From an uncultured bacterium (lineage in GTDB: Bacteria; Patescibacteriota; Minisyncoccia; UBA6257; GWB1-50-10), in the NCBI GenBank assembly GCA_963713955.1, contig OY970216.1, positions 136,075 through 200,074 of the forward strand: 64,000 bases of DNA, given 5' to 3'. The translations under genes were made by a program, and so were the position numbers. Every line of letters begins with the position of its first letter. The first letter of the stretch is position 1. Shown here piece by piece: positions 20,539 to 30,035 of the stretch. A model generated the notes under the pieces. The model saw nothing but the letters and a program-made list of their open reading frames with translations. It was not told the DNA's origin and searched no databases.

Positions 20539-22627
20539 CGTTATTATAGAACACCTCCCGGGGTTTGGCTCCTTCTCCCGGCCCGATGATCCCCCGCTCT
20601 TCCATCATGTCGAGGAGCCTCGCGGCTCTTGCGTATCCGACTTTGAGGCGGCGTTGCAGGAGCGAGGCCGAAGCTTTCTTGGCGTTTCGCACGGTTTCTA
20701 TTGCTTCGTCCAAAAGTTCGTCATCGTCGCCACTTTCGGCGAGCGCGTCGAAGTCCAAATTTGACTGTCTGCCCGCTTCCTCGCCTCCGCCGCTCCCGTT
20801 GAAACTCAACTCTTCCGCCGCCGATTCGTTGTTCTTTTTTATGAAATTGGCAACCTTCTTGATTTCTTCTTCGGAGACGAAAGCTCCCTGAACGCGCAAG
20901 GGCTTCGAAAGTTCGGCCGAGATGAAGAGCGCATCGCCGTTCCCCAAGAGTTTTTCGGCGCCGGGCGTGTCGAGGATCGTCCGCGAGTCGATCTGGCTCG
21001 CGACCTGGAGCGCGATTCTCGAAGTTATATTCGCTTTGATGAGGCCGGTGATGACTTCAACCGAAGGCCGCTGCGTCGAGACGATGAGATGAAGACCGGT
21101 TGCCCGCGCCATTTGCGCGAGCCTTATGATGGAGCCCTCGACCTCCCTCCCGTACGAGGTCATGAGGTCGGCGAGTTCGTCGATCACGATCACGATATAG
21201 GGTATCATCTTCCCCGAGTTCGTGTTGTAGCTTTTGATGTCTCTCGCGCCGGCCTCGAGGAGCGTCTGATAGCGACTCTCCATTTCCTGGATCGCCCACC
21301 GAAGGACTCCGATGGATTTCTTGTTCTCGGTGATGACCGGGGCCAAGAGATGCGGGATGCCGTCGTAAACGGAAAGCTCGACTCTTTTCGGATCGATCAT
21401 GATGAGCCGGAGCATCTCCGGCGAGTTTTTGTAAAGCAGGGAGAGAATCAATGAGTGAATCATGATCGATTTTCCGGACCCGGTTGCACCCGCGATCAAG
21501 AGGTGCGGCATTTTGGATACATCCTTGAATATCGGCTCGCCGGAAACGTTTCTCCCGAGCGCGAAAGACAGCACGCCGGCTTTCTGGAAGTCGGGATAGA
21601 GGAGAAGGCTCCCGAGGCGTACCACCGCGGCCGATCTGTTGGGTACCTCGATGCCGACGAGGGATTTCCCCGGTATCGGCGCCTCGATGCGGATGGGGTG
21701 GGCAGCCAAGGCGAGTGCGAGATCTTGGTTCAGCGAAGTTATCCTTGAAAGCTTGATCCCCTCGGCCGGCTTCAGGGTGTAGCGCGTGACTGTCGGCCCC
21801 ACATTGATTTCCCCCATTTCGACCGGAATGCCGAAGCTTTCAAGCGTTCGCTTGATCACGTTTGCGTTCGCGCGGAGATCCCCGATCGTCGGCTTATCGA
21901 CTTGCGATGTAAGGAGGTTCAACGGAGGCGAGACGTAATTTTTTATCGGCTTGAACGCGGTAGTTTTCAACTCAGGGACTTTTCCGTCGGCTGATTTTAT
22001 TTCAGCCTCTTTTTCCTTTTGCTTCTCTTTGGATTTCTTCTCTTCTTTCGTTTCTTCCGGCATTTCCGCCGGGGCCGTGATTCTTATCTCCTCAGGTTCT
22101 CTCTCCGTCTCCCTGTCAGCACTCTCGGAAGATTCCTTCCTCTCGGGGAACCTCAAGGGCTTGTTGATGATCATGACGAAGGAGATGGTCATAAGCGCGA
22201 GTGTAATCACGATCCCGCCCGGCACGCTGAACGGGTTCTTGATGACACCGGCTATTTTCCCGATCACTCCCCCGCTCCCGGCGTTTATGATGTCAATGAG
22301 GCCGAGTGATGAAAAAATGAAAATGAGCGCACCGATAAGCGAAACGCCCAAGAACTCCTTTTTATTTTTTGAGAGCAGAGTGAGGGAAATGAGAAGAGAC
22401 ATTGCGGGAAGGAGATAATAGCCGATGCCGAAAAGCGTCGTGAAGAATTCGAATATGCCGTTCCCCCACGGCCCCGCAAGCTTCAGAGCCGAAAGGAGGA
22501 AAATGACCGTGAGCGCAATAAAAACGATGGACCAGATGCTTTGCTTCGCTTCCGGATGGAGCGGAGAGGGCTTGGGGTAATTCTTTCCCTCCCCCTTCTT
22601 GTTATCTTTCTTATTCTTCTTTGCCAT
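20522..22627 (-). CDS. ftsK: DNA translocase FtsK/SpoIIIE
   Basis: N-terminal 4 TM, linker, motor with GATGSGKS Walker A and C-terminal gamma winged helix. Confidence 0.9.
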   Translation of the reverse strand: MAKKNKKDNKKGEGKNYPKPSPLHPEAKQSIWSIVFIALTVIFLLSALKLAGPWGNGIFEFFTTLFGIGYYLLPAMSLLISLTLLSKNKKEFLGVSLIGALIFIFSSLGLIDIINAGSGGVIGKIAGVIKNPFSVPGGIVITLALMTISFVMIINKPLRFPERKESSESADRETEREPEEIRITAPAEMPEETKEEKKSKEKQKEKEAEIKSADGKVPELKTTAFKPIKNYVSPPLNLLTSQVDKPTIGDLRANANVIKRTLESFGIPVEMGEINVGPTVTRYTLKPAEGIKLSRITSLNQDLALALAAHPIRIEAPIPGKSLVGIEVPNRSAAVVRLGSLLLYPDFQKAGVLSFALGRNVSGEPIFKDVSKMPHLLIAGATGSGKSIMIHSLILSLLYKNSPEMLRLIMIDPKRVELSVYDGIPHLLAPVITENKKSIGVLRWAIQEMESRYQTLLEAGARDIKSYNTNSGKMIPYIVIVIDELADLMTSYGREVEGSIIRLAQMARATGLHLIVSTQRPSVEVITGLIKANITSRIALQVASQIDSRTILDTPGAEKLLGNGDALFISAELSKPLRVQGAFVSEEEIKKVANFIKKNNESAAEELSFNGSGGGEEAGRQSNLDFDALAESGDDDELLDEAIETVRNAKKASASLLQRRLKVGYARAARLLDMMEERGIIGPGEGAKPREVFYNNDDAGE

Positions 22628-22727
22628 ATCAGGAATTTATATATAACTACATTAAAGCCTAAAATTACCTTTTCTTCAATTGGAAAGTTCAAATTTTCCA
22701 CTGTTTCTGTCGCCTCCCGCTCTCATT

Positions 22728-22780
22728 ATGGCTTCCCGCTCTCCATATGGAGAGCGGGAAGCCATAGATTCTGGGGATAA
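22728..22780. promoter_or_regulatory. 38-bp perfect palindrome ATGGCTTCCCGCTCTCCATATGGAGAGCGGGAAGCCAT followed by DnaA-box-like TGGGGATAA
   Basis: Exact palindrome 22728-22765; box 22772-22780; 100 bp upstream of ftsK; core repeated at 56767-56811. Confidence 0.4.
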
Positions 22781-22910
22781 CTTTTCCCCGGACAAAAGAA
22801 AGGTGCTGTACCTTCAGTACAGTTCTGGGAGTTCTCGTATCAAGTTTCCTGGGGCCGGGGATTTAAGGTCTAAGAAAATTTACCAGAAAAACAGGAAAAA
22901 ATCGATAAAA

Positions 22911-23075
22911 TGGGAAAACCTGATAAAACTGAAAAACCCAGTAAATTGAAAAACCCGATAATGCGATGAAACCTACACTTTTCAAAAAATAGGTCAAAAG
23001 TGTAAAACATCGATTTTGTTTAACAGGCTGATAATGCGATGAAACCTACACTTTCGATTTTTTGATGAAAAAAGT
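22911..23075. repeat. iteron-like direct repeats: 3x GAAAA(A)CC.(G)ATAA(A) at approximately 16-18 bp spacing, and 2x perfect 25-bp GATAATGCGATGAAACCTACACTTT each followed by an ACACTTT/AAAGTGT hairpin
   Basis: 25-mer at 22957-22981 and 23030-23054. Confidence 0.5.
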
Positions 23076-23131
23076 GTTTGAACCTAAACATTTTGTTTGG
23101 CAATGTTTTCAGGGATTGATATAATAATTCT

Positions 23132-23497
23132 ATGACTTTTCGGCAGGAAACTGGTAAAAGGGGAGAAAATTTCGCTGCTAACTACTTGAAAAGGAGAGGA
23201 TATAGGATTATTGAGAGGAATAAGAAGGAAAAATGGGGAGAACTGGACATTATCGCCGTTGCGCCGGACAGAACGCTGGTTTTTGTAGAGGTAAAGACTG
23301 TAGGTGGATGGAACGATATTGAAGCAGAAGAACAAATGACGGGATCGAAGATCAAGAAGTTCACAAGAACAGCTCAGATATACGCAGGAAGCCATAAAAA
23401 GCTGGTGGATGACAAAAAGGGGTTTCGGCTCGATGTCCTGGCGCTTACGGAGAAAGAAGATGGAGGATTCGATGTGAGGCATTATGAGAATATATAA
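23132..23497 (+). CDS. yraN: YraN-family (UPF0102) endonuclease
   Basis: GE.AA.YL...G..I..RN......GE.DIIA......VFVEVK signature. Confidence 0.75.
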   Translation: MTFRQETGKRGENFAANYLKRRGYRIIERNKKEKWGELDIIAVAPDRTLVFVEVKTVGGWNDIEAEEQMTGSKIKKFTRTAQIYAGSHKKLVDDKKGFRLDVLALTEKEDGGFDVRHYENI

Positions 23498-23583
23498 AAG
23501 AACACTAACACGCGAACATACACGAACAACACGAATAGTAGTTCGTGTCATTCGGATAAGTTCGTTTTGTTGGTGTTATACCT

Positions 23584-24204
23584 ATGAATGAGATATTCGC
23601 GGTGTGGAAACCGAAGGGGCCGAGCTCGGCTCAGTTTTTGAATTCGTTGAAGAGAAAACTCGGGGTCAGGAAAATGGGCCATGCCGGGACGCTGGATCCG
23701 TTGGCATCAGGAATACTGGTAGTTGGGATAGGTGAGGGGACCAAAAGGTTGAAGGAAGCAGCCGGCGCGGAAAAGGAATATATTGCGAAAATCAAATTGG
23801 GCGAGACGAGTACGACGGACGACGAGGAAGGAGAAAAGACGAAGCAAAAAGTTAATAAAGTTCCAAAGTTGAAAGATATTAAAAAAGCTATCAATAACTT
23901 CATTGGAGACGTTGAGCAAATTCCATCGCGCTACAGTGCAGTGAAAGTGGGTGGCATTCCGGCATACAAGCTCGCGAGGCGGGGGGAAGAAGTAAGTTTG
24001 AGGTTACGAAGAGTGAAAATTTATTCGATCGAGATCTTGGGATATGAATGGCCGTTCCTGGAAATCAAAGTCGTGACAGGCCCGGGAGTTTACGTAAGGG
24101 CGCTGGCACGCGATATCGGTAATGCACTCGGCGTTGGTGGCTATATTGCAGAACTCACGCGAACGCGAGTGGGGGAATACGATGAAGATTCAGTGCGAAA
24201 ATAG
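23584..24204 (+). CDS. truB: tRNA pseudouridine(55) synthase (short form)
   Basis: GHAGTLDPLASGILVVGIGEGTK catalytic Asp motif; 206 aa lacking PUA. Confidence 0.85.
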   Translation: MNEIFAVWKPKGPSSAQFLNSLKRKLGVRKMGHAGTLDPLASGILVVGIGEGTKRLKEAAGAEKEYIAKIKLGETSTTDDEEGEKTKQKVNKVPKLKDIKKAINNFIGDVEQIPSRYSAVKVGGIPAYKLARRGEEVSLRLRRVKIYSIEILGYEWPFLEIKVVTGPGVYVRALARDIGNALGVGGYIAELTRTRVGEYDEDSVRK

Positions 24205-24396
24205 CCCATTTTAGCTGCATTTTACCGCTGTTGACGTTTCATGTATAATATAGTATGATAGAACTGTTGATCATTAAGAATTGAAGAAGGGAATCTCCTT
24301 GTTTCTGGTTCGGTTATCTCACTGAGACCATGAACGGATCGTGGTTTGAGTGAGACAATCGAATTCAAAAAAACAAACGACTAAAAGGAGGAAGTC

Positions 24397-24738
24397 ATGC
24401 TTAGGACGTTCATCATTGGATTAACGGGTGCAGTTATCCTATCGGCTGGTATCTTGATGCTTCTGGAAGACACGTTCGAGGGATATTCTTCTATCCCGTG
24501 GATGTATCCAATCGCGATCGTGATAATTGCGATGATATTATTCTTTGTCTCTTGGGGAATGAGAAAGAAGGCTGGTTATCTGGCTGCAGGATCGGTTATT
24601 CTAGTTACAGTTTTTGCAGAGATAATTGCGGAGGTTGTGAAACATGATTTGCATCCCGCTATAGTCCTAGCCGTAATGCTATTCTTCGTCGCAGCTATCC
24701 TATTTGCCCAAGGGGGTACGTCAACCCAGAAGGGGTAA
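24397..24738 (+). CDS. small integral membrane protein (3-4 TM)
   Basis: Strong RBS GGAGGAAG; 113 aa almost entirely hydrophobic helices. Confidence 0.45.
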   Translation: MLRTFIIGLTGAVILSAGILMLLEDTFEGYSSIPWMYPIAIVIIAMILFFVSWGMRKKAGYLAAGSVILVTVFAEIIAEVVKHDLHPAIVLAVMLFFVAAILFAQGGTSTQKG

Positions 24739-25249
24739 TAATTTGAGGAGGTCGGAAGAGAAACTTTTCCGACCTTCACACTTTTCGGGGATCAGAGGCG
24801 GGTCTTGACAATCCAGCGATTTATATATCAAATAGTAACTGGGTAGAATTGTTCTTTCAAAAAACTAAAGCCAGCGAGGATTAGCGGAAAAGGAGAAGGG
24901 AGAAAAAAATGGAAACATTGATGTGTTTTTTGATCCTCCTTGTGGCCCCACAGGAAATCATTAGAAGGGTCTTGTCCTCGAGGGGATGGGCCGTCGCGAT
25001 AACATTATATTTTTCGATACTGTCGTACCAGTTCATGTCGATTAGGGTGATGGGAATAGAATTTTTACCCGTCGCGGATCTGATCGTCATGGCTGATGGC
25101 TTCGTGGCTGTTATAGTCATGAAGGCGACGAGGAGGATGATTTAAAGCCGGTATTCTTTAAAAAGAATCACCGGCTTGCCTTTTTCATGGTATCGTGGTA
25201 GGCTGTTGATATAAAGGCCGCTCGAGTGAGTGGCTGTAATTTTTGAAAC

Positions 25250-26464
25250 ATGGACTTAAAACAATTAGCGAGCGCGGTTGAGCAGATATCGGCCGAGAAG
25301 GGAATTGCTCCCGAAAAAGTTCTGGGAGCAATCGAGTCGGCGATCGCCGCCGCGTACAAGCGGGAATACCGGAAAAAGTCCGAAATGATTCGGGCCAAGT
25401 TTAACATGAAAACCGGCGATCTCCAGTTTTTTCAGGTAAAAGTGGTTGTCGATCCTTCGGAGGTTTTGATGGGGGAGGAATCGGCCGAGCCGACTGAGAA
25501 ACCGGAGGGCGAGGAATCCCTTCCGCGTTTCAACTCCGACCGGCAGATGCTCCTGGAAGACGCGAAGAAGATGAAATCCGACGCCAAATCGGGCGATGAG
25601 ATGGAATTCCCGTTGGAAGGAAAGAGCGATTTCGGGCGCATCGCCGCGCAGACCGCGAAGCAGGTGGTACTCCAGGCGATACGGGAGGCGGAGCGTTCCT
25701 CGATACAAGAAGAATTTGCGAACAAGGAAGGGGAAATCATGAGCGGGCAAATCCAGCGGTTCGAGCGGGGCAACGTTTACGTCAATCTCGGCCGCGCGAT
25801 GGGGATCATGTATCCAAATGAAAGTATCCCGGGTGAACATTACCGTGTCGGCGACCGGATGCGGTTCTACGTTTTGGCCGTGCAGGAAGACGCCCGACGC
25901 CCCGGCATCGTTCTTTCGCGATCGCACCCTCATTTCGTTTTGAAACTTTTTGAACTGGAGGTGCCGGAAATCGCGGATGGAACGGTCGTCATTAAAAACA
26001 TTGCGCGCGAGCCGGGGTCGCGGACGAAGGTGGCGGTTGCGTCCAACGAGGAAGGCATCGATCCGGTGGGAGCGGCCGTGGGACAGCGGGGCACGCGGGT
26101 CATGGCTGTTACGAACGAGCTCGGCAACGAGAAGGTGGATGTCGTCGAGTGGTCGGACGATCCGGCGAAATTTGTGTCGAACGCTCTGTCTCCGGCAAAG
26201 GTCAAGTCCATTGAAGTGCTCCAGAGGAGAGAGGCGAAGGTTCTCGTGCCGGAAGATCAGCTGAGTCTCGCCATCGGCAAAGGCGGACAAAACGTCCGGC
26301 TCGCGGCGAAATTGACCGGCTGGAAGATAGACGTCCGTTCGCAGTCGAATCCGGAGGAAGTGCAAGAAGGGGGTATTGCCGTTGCGGAAGCGGCGGCGAA
26401 GGAGGAAGCGATCATTGAAGAGAAAGCTTCCGACGATGACGAGGACAATCCGAAGCTTGAATGA
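25250..26464 (+). CDS. nusA: transcription termination/antitermination factor NusA (with acidic insertion)
   Basis: NTD, S1, two KH domains (IGKGGQNVRLAAKLTGWKIDV); 55-aa Glu-rich insert after NTD. Confidence 0.9.
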   Translation: MDLKQLASAVEQISAEKGIAPEKVLGAIESAIAAAYKREYRKKSEMIRAKFNMKTGDLQFFQVKVVVDPSEVLMGEESAEPTEKPEGEESLPRFNSDRQMLLEDAKKMKSDAKSGDEMEFPLEGKSDFGRIAAQTAKQVVLQAIREAERSSIQEEFANKEGEIMSGQIQRFERGNVYVNLGRAMGIMYPNESIPGEHYRVGDRMRFYVLAVQEDARRPGIVLSRSHPHFVLKLFELEVPEIADGTVVIKNIAREPGSRTKVAVASNEEGIDPVGAAVGQRGTRVMAVTNELGNEKVDVVEWSDDPAKFVSNALSPAKVKSIEVLQRREAKVLVPEDQLSLAIGKGGQNVRLAAKLTGWKIDVRSQSNPEEVQEGGIAVAEAAAKEEAIIEEKASDDDEDNPKLE

Positions 26465-26485
26465 AGTCGAAGAGTAAAAAATAGC

Positions 26486-28453
26486 ATGAATTATTTGATT
26501 TTTGGTCCAGTAGTTTTAGCGGTTCTTTATACCGTATATCTGTCGTTCTGGCTCAAAAAGCAGGACAGCGGGAACGACAAAATGAGGGAGATTTCAAAAG
26601 CGATCCAGGAAGGTTCGTCCGCCTACCTTGCGAGGCAATACAAGACGGTCGGGATCGTGGCGCTCGTTCTGTTTTTGATCATATATGTTGCGCTGGGGTG
26701 GCTTACGGCGTTGGGGTTCCTCATCGGAGCGATCGCGTCGGCCTTGGCCGGATTTTTGGGGATGAGCGTTGCGGTCCGATCCAACTCCAAAACGACAAAA
26801 TCGGCGGAAAACGGTTTGAAATCTGCCCTTTCTTTGGCGTTCAAAGCAGGATCGGTCACGGGATTTTTGGTGGTTTCTTTGGGCCTCTTGGCTGTCGCCG
26901 GATTTTACCTCGCATCGCATGATGTGAGGGGACTTATCGGCCTTGGGTTCGGTGCAAGCTTGATTTCGATCTTCGCGCGCCTCGGCGGCGGCATATTCAC
27001 GAAAGCCGCGGATGTCGGGACCGATCTCGTCGGGAAAGTCGAGGCGGGCATTCCCGAAGACGATCCGCGAAATCCCGGCGTCATCGCCGACAACGTGGGC
27101 GATAACGTCGGCGACTGCGCCGGCATGGCGGCTGATCTTTTTGAAACATACGCGGTCACGCTCACGGCGTCGATACTGATCGGAAGCGCGCTCGCGCTCT
27201 CCGGCACCCAGCTCCTCTTTCCTTTGATACTGGGAGGGTTGGCCATCGTCGCCTCGATCATCGGGAGCTTGTTCGTCAAAGTCGGCAAGAGCGAATCGAT
27301 CATGGGAGCTTTGTACAAAGGACTCACCGCGGCTCTCATCGTCGCGGCGGCGCTCTTTTACTTCGCAACGAGATTTTTCATCGTCGAAAATTCGTTCAAT
27401 ATATTTCTCGCGAGCTTGATAGGTCTCGGCGTCACGGCTTTGATGGTCGTCATAACCGATTACTACACGTCCAAAAAGTACCGGCCGGTCAGAAGTATTG
27501 CTGACGCCTCGAAGTCCGGACACGGGACGAACATCATCATGGGCCTTTCCGTGGGGATGGAATCAACCTTCCTGCCAATCCTCGTCATCGTGGGAGGCAT
27601 CATCGGAGCGTACCTTTTGGCGGGGATTTACGGCGTGGCGATCGCCGCCGTTTCGATGCTTTCGGTCGCCGGCATCATCGTTTCCATCGATTCGTTTGGC
27701 CCGATCACCGATAACGCCGGGGGGATCGCCGAGATGAGTAACGCCCCGGAAGACGTGAGAAAGATCACGGATGCGTTGGACGCGGTCGGGAACACCACGA
27801 AAGCCGTTACGAAAGGATATGCGATCGCGTCAGCCGGGCTCGCCGCCCTCGCGCTTTTCAGCGCCTACACCGACGCGGTGGTGAAAACGTCTCAAAACGT
27901 CGCGTTTGACATCCAGAATCCTTACGTCTTGATCGGACTCATCTTGGGCGCCGCAATCCCGAATCTTTTTGGTTCGATGGCTATGAAATCGGTGGGCCAT
28001 GCCGCCGGTTCCATTGTCGAGGAAATAAGAAGGCAATTCAGGGAAATACCGGGACTTCTGGAGGGCTCGGCCAAACCGGATTACAAGAAAGCGGTCGACA
28101 TCGTGACGAAGTCAGCCCTGCGGGAAATGATAGTCCCCGCGCTTCTGCCGATCGTCGCGGTTTTACTCGTCGGATTCGTTTTCGGCAGGGAAGCGCTCGG
28201 GGGATTCTTGATAGGGACGATCGTCTCGGGACTCTTCATCGCGATTTCCATGACTTCCGGCGGCGCCGCCTGGGACAACGCGAAGAAATACATCGAGGCG
28301 GGCAATCACGGCGGCAAGGGGTCGGAAGCTCACAAGGCTGCCGTGACCGGTGATACGGTCGGCGATCCGTATAAGGATACCGCCGGCCCCGCTATCAACC
28401 CGCTCATTAAAGTCATAAACATCGTTGCCTTACTTATAGTTCCGTTTCTTTAA
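26486..28453 (+). CDS. hppA: membrane-bound K+/H+-translocating pyrophosphatase
   Basis: [40 protein letters not shown] motifs; approximately 16 TM. Confidence 0.9.
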   Translation: MNYLIFGPVVLAVLYTVYLSFWLKKQDSGNDKMREISKAIQEGSSAYLARQYKTVGIVALVLFLIIYVALGWLTALGFLIGAIASALAGFLGMSVAVRSNSKTTKSAENGLKSALSLAFKAGSVTGFLVVSLGLLAVAGFYLASHDVRGLIGLGFGASLISIFARLGGGIFTKAADVGTDLVGKVEAGIPEDDPRNPGVIADNVGDNVGDCAGMAADLFETYAVTLTASILIGSALALSGTQLLFPLILGGLAIVASIIGSLFVKVGKSESIMGALYKGLTAALIVAAALFYFATRFFIVENSFNIFLASLIGLGVTALMVVITDYYTSKKYRPVRSIADASKSGHGTNIIMGLSVGMESTFLPILVIVGGIIGAYLLAGIYGVAIAAVSMLSVAGIIVSIDSFGPITDNAGGIAEMSNAPEDVRKITDALDAVGNTTKAVTKGYAIASAGLAALALFSAYTDAVVKTSQNVAFDIQNPYVLIGLILGAAIPNLFGSMAMKSVGHAAGSIVEEIRRQFREIPGLLEGSAKPDYKKAVDIVTKSALREMIVPALLPIVAVLLVGFVFGREALGGFLIGTIVSGLFIAISMTSGGAAWDNAKKYIEAGNHGGKGSEAHKAAVTGDTVGDPYKDTAGPAINPLIKVINIVALLIVPFL

Positions 28454-28464
28454 TTTTAGGGCGA

Positions 28465-28545
28465 GTCTCGGCGAACCAAAAAGGTGTGCGCTAGGGCCGC
28501 GCTTGCCAAGTCTTACCCACCTTTTTGTTTCACCGATCCTCGCTT
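28465..28545. repeat. hairpin repeat element, family A (core GTGTGCGCTAGGGCCGCGCTTGCCAAGTCTTACCCAC)
   Basis: Core 28484-28520 identical to reverse complement of 52741-52777 and near-identical to 60198-60234; flanked by AAAAGGTG/CACCTTTTT-type inverted arms. Confidence 0.5.
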
Positions 28546-28610
28546 CCGTACATCTTCAATAGAAACCGCTTGAATAAAGCGGCTTTTGGTTTAGAATTGA
28601 GAGGGAGGCC

Positions 28611-30035
28611 ATGAATTTCAAAGGGAAAAAAGTTTTGGTAGTGGGGCTGGGAACCTTGGGCGGAGGAATTGCGACAGTTAAATGGCTCGTGAAGCACGGT
28701 GCGAAGGTTACCGTGACTGATTTGAGAACAAAAGAACAACTCTCGGATTCGGTGAGGAAGCTCAGTCAGATCGCCCCGGGAGTGAAGTTGGTTCTGAGCG
28801 AGCACCGGGAGAGGGATTTTAAAAACAACGGCATTGTTGTCGTGAACCCGGCTGTCCCGCGAGAGAGCAAATATTTGGCGATTGCGAGAAAACGCAAGAA
28901 GCTACTCGTGAACGATGCGAGGATATTCTTCGACGTCGCGGAAGGAGCGGTCATAGCGGTCACGGGGACGCGCGGAAAAACGACGACGACGAATTGGATC
29001 GCCTACTTTTTGAGATTGAGAAACAAGGACATTGTCGCCGGCGGCAATTCTTCTGAGGTGGCGCTCCTCGACCTGGCCGATAAAATTGAGCATAAGAGCA
29101 TTCCATCGGTCGTTGAGTTGTCATCGTGGCAGCTGGAACTTTTGCCGGGTGCGCGGCGCGCGCCGGACATAGCCGTAATCACCAATTTGTACCCCGATCA
29201 CCTGAACAGGTACAAAAACATAAAGGGTTACGCGCGCGCGAAAGCGAACATATTCAGAGGACAAGACAGAGATCAGAAACTGGTTTTAAACTACGACAAT
29301 CCGTGGACCAAATTTTTCCTGGGGTTGCGGCCTCGATCGAAGACTTACTTCTTTTCTTTGAAGCGGTTGCCGAGGGGCGAAGACGGAATTTTTGTAAAAA
29401 ACGGGGCCTTGTTTTTTCAGGAGACCGGCAGCGCCGAGGAGGTAATCTCCGAGAAGGCAATTTCACTCGTCAAGGGGAGAGGGGAACACAATATCATGAA
29501 TCTCATGGCTGCGTCGCTCGCCGCGCATCTTTCCGGCATTTCTTGGTTTGAAATAGCCGCGGCGGTAAGGAATTTGCCCGAGATAAAATACCGGGAGGAG
29601 GTGGTTTTGGAGAGGGAAAATTTGAGAGTTGTGAATGATTCAACGGCGACGTCTCCGGATGCCGTCGTCGCTGCCATCCGCCGCTTCGGGAGCCACGACC
29701 CCATTCTCATAACCGGCGGGACGGACAAAAACCTTGATTTCAAGCCGCTCGCCAGGGAAATAAAGAAAGCCGTAAGGTTAAAAAACTTGTTTCTCCTGAA
29801 CGGCAGCGCTACCCAAAAACTTATCCGAGAACTCAAAAAGATCGGTTATTTCAGTAAAGAGAGGCCTCAGTTGTTCGAGGATTTGGAAAAGTTATTAATC
29901 TCTGTTCGCGAGCATTCGCGTCGTTCGCGTTGCGTTGTCCTCTTCTCTCCCGGTGCAGCCAGTTTCGAAAAATTCAAGAACGAATTCGACCGAGGTGAGA
30001 AATTTAATGCGCTAGTCCGCAGCCTTAACTTTTAG
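28611..30035 (+). CDS. murD: UDP-N-acetylmuramoylalanine--D-glutamate ligase
   Basis: KVLVVGLG..G N-terminal Rossmann, GTRGKTTTT P-loop, Mur ligase middle/C domains. Confidence 0.9.
   Translation: MNFKGKKVLVVGLGTLGGGIATVKWLVKHGAKVTVTDLRTKEQLSDSVRKLSQIAPGVKLVLSEHRERDFKNNGIVVVNPAVPRESKYLAIARKRKKLLVNDARIFFDVAEGAVIAVTGTRGKTTTTNWIAYFLRLRNKDIVAGGNSSEVALLDLADKIEHKSIPSVVELSSWQLELLPGARRAPDIAVITNLYPDHLNRYKNIKGYARAKANIFRGQDRDQKLVLNYDNPWTKFFLGLRPRSKTYFFSLKRLPRGEDGIFVKNGALFFQETGSAEEVISEKAISLVKGRGEHNIMNLMAASLAAHLSGISWFEIAAAVRNLPEIKYREEVVLERENLRVVNDSTATSPDAVVAAIRRFGSHDPILITGGTDKNLDFKPLAREIKKAVRLKNLFLLNGSATQKLIRELKKIGYFSKERPQLFEDLEKLLISVREHSRRSRCVVLFSPGAASFEKFKNEFDRGEKFNALVRSLNF

Noticed and set aside
22680-22949. 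89-aa plus-strand ORF
   Set aside because: Spans the palindrome and iteron-like repeats in the intergenic region; low-complexity translation; more plausibly regulatory DNA
22957-23054. Possible CRISPR array
   Set aside because: Only two copies of the 25-bp repeat with a 48-bp interval that itself contains a hairpin, no cas genes; not CRISPR-like
22700-23130. Possible chromosomal origin of replication
   Set aside because: DnaA-box-like motifs and iterons are present. But there is only one imperfect box here, no dnaA/dnaN neighbourhood and no evidence of skew within the window. Kept as a repeat/regulatory region instead.
25265-26365. 366-aa minus-strand ORF
   Set aside because: Antisense to nusA, Arg-rich low-complexity translation; nusA assignment is unambiguous
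26594-27523. 309-aa minus-strand ORF
   Set aside because: Antisense within hppA; Arg/Asp-rich; no motifs
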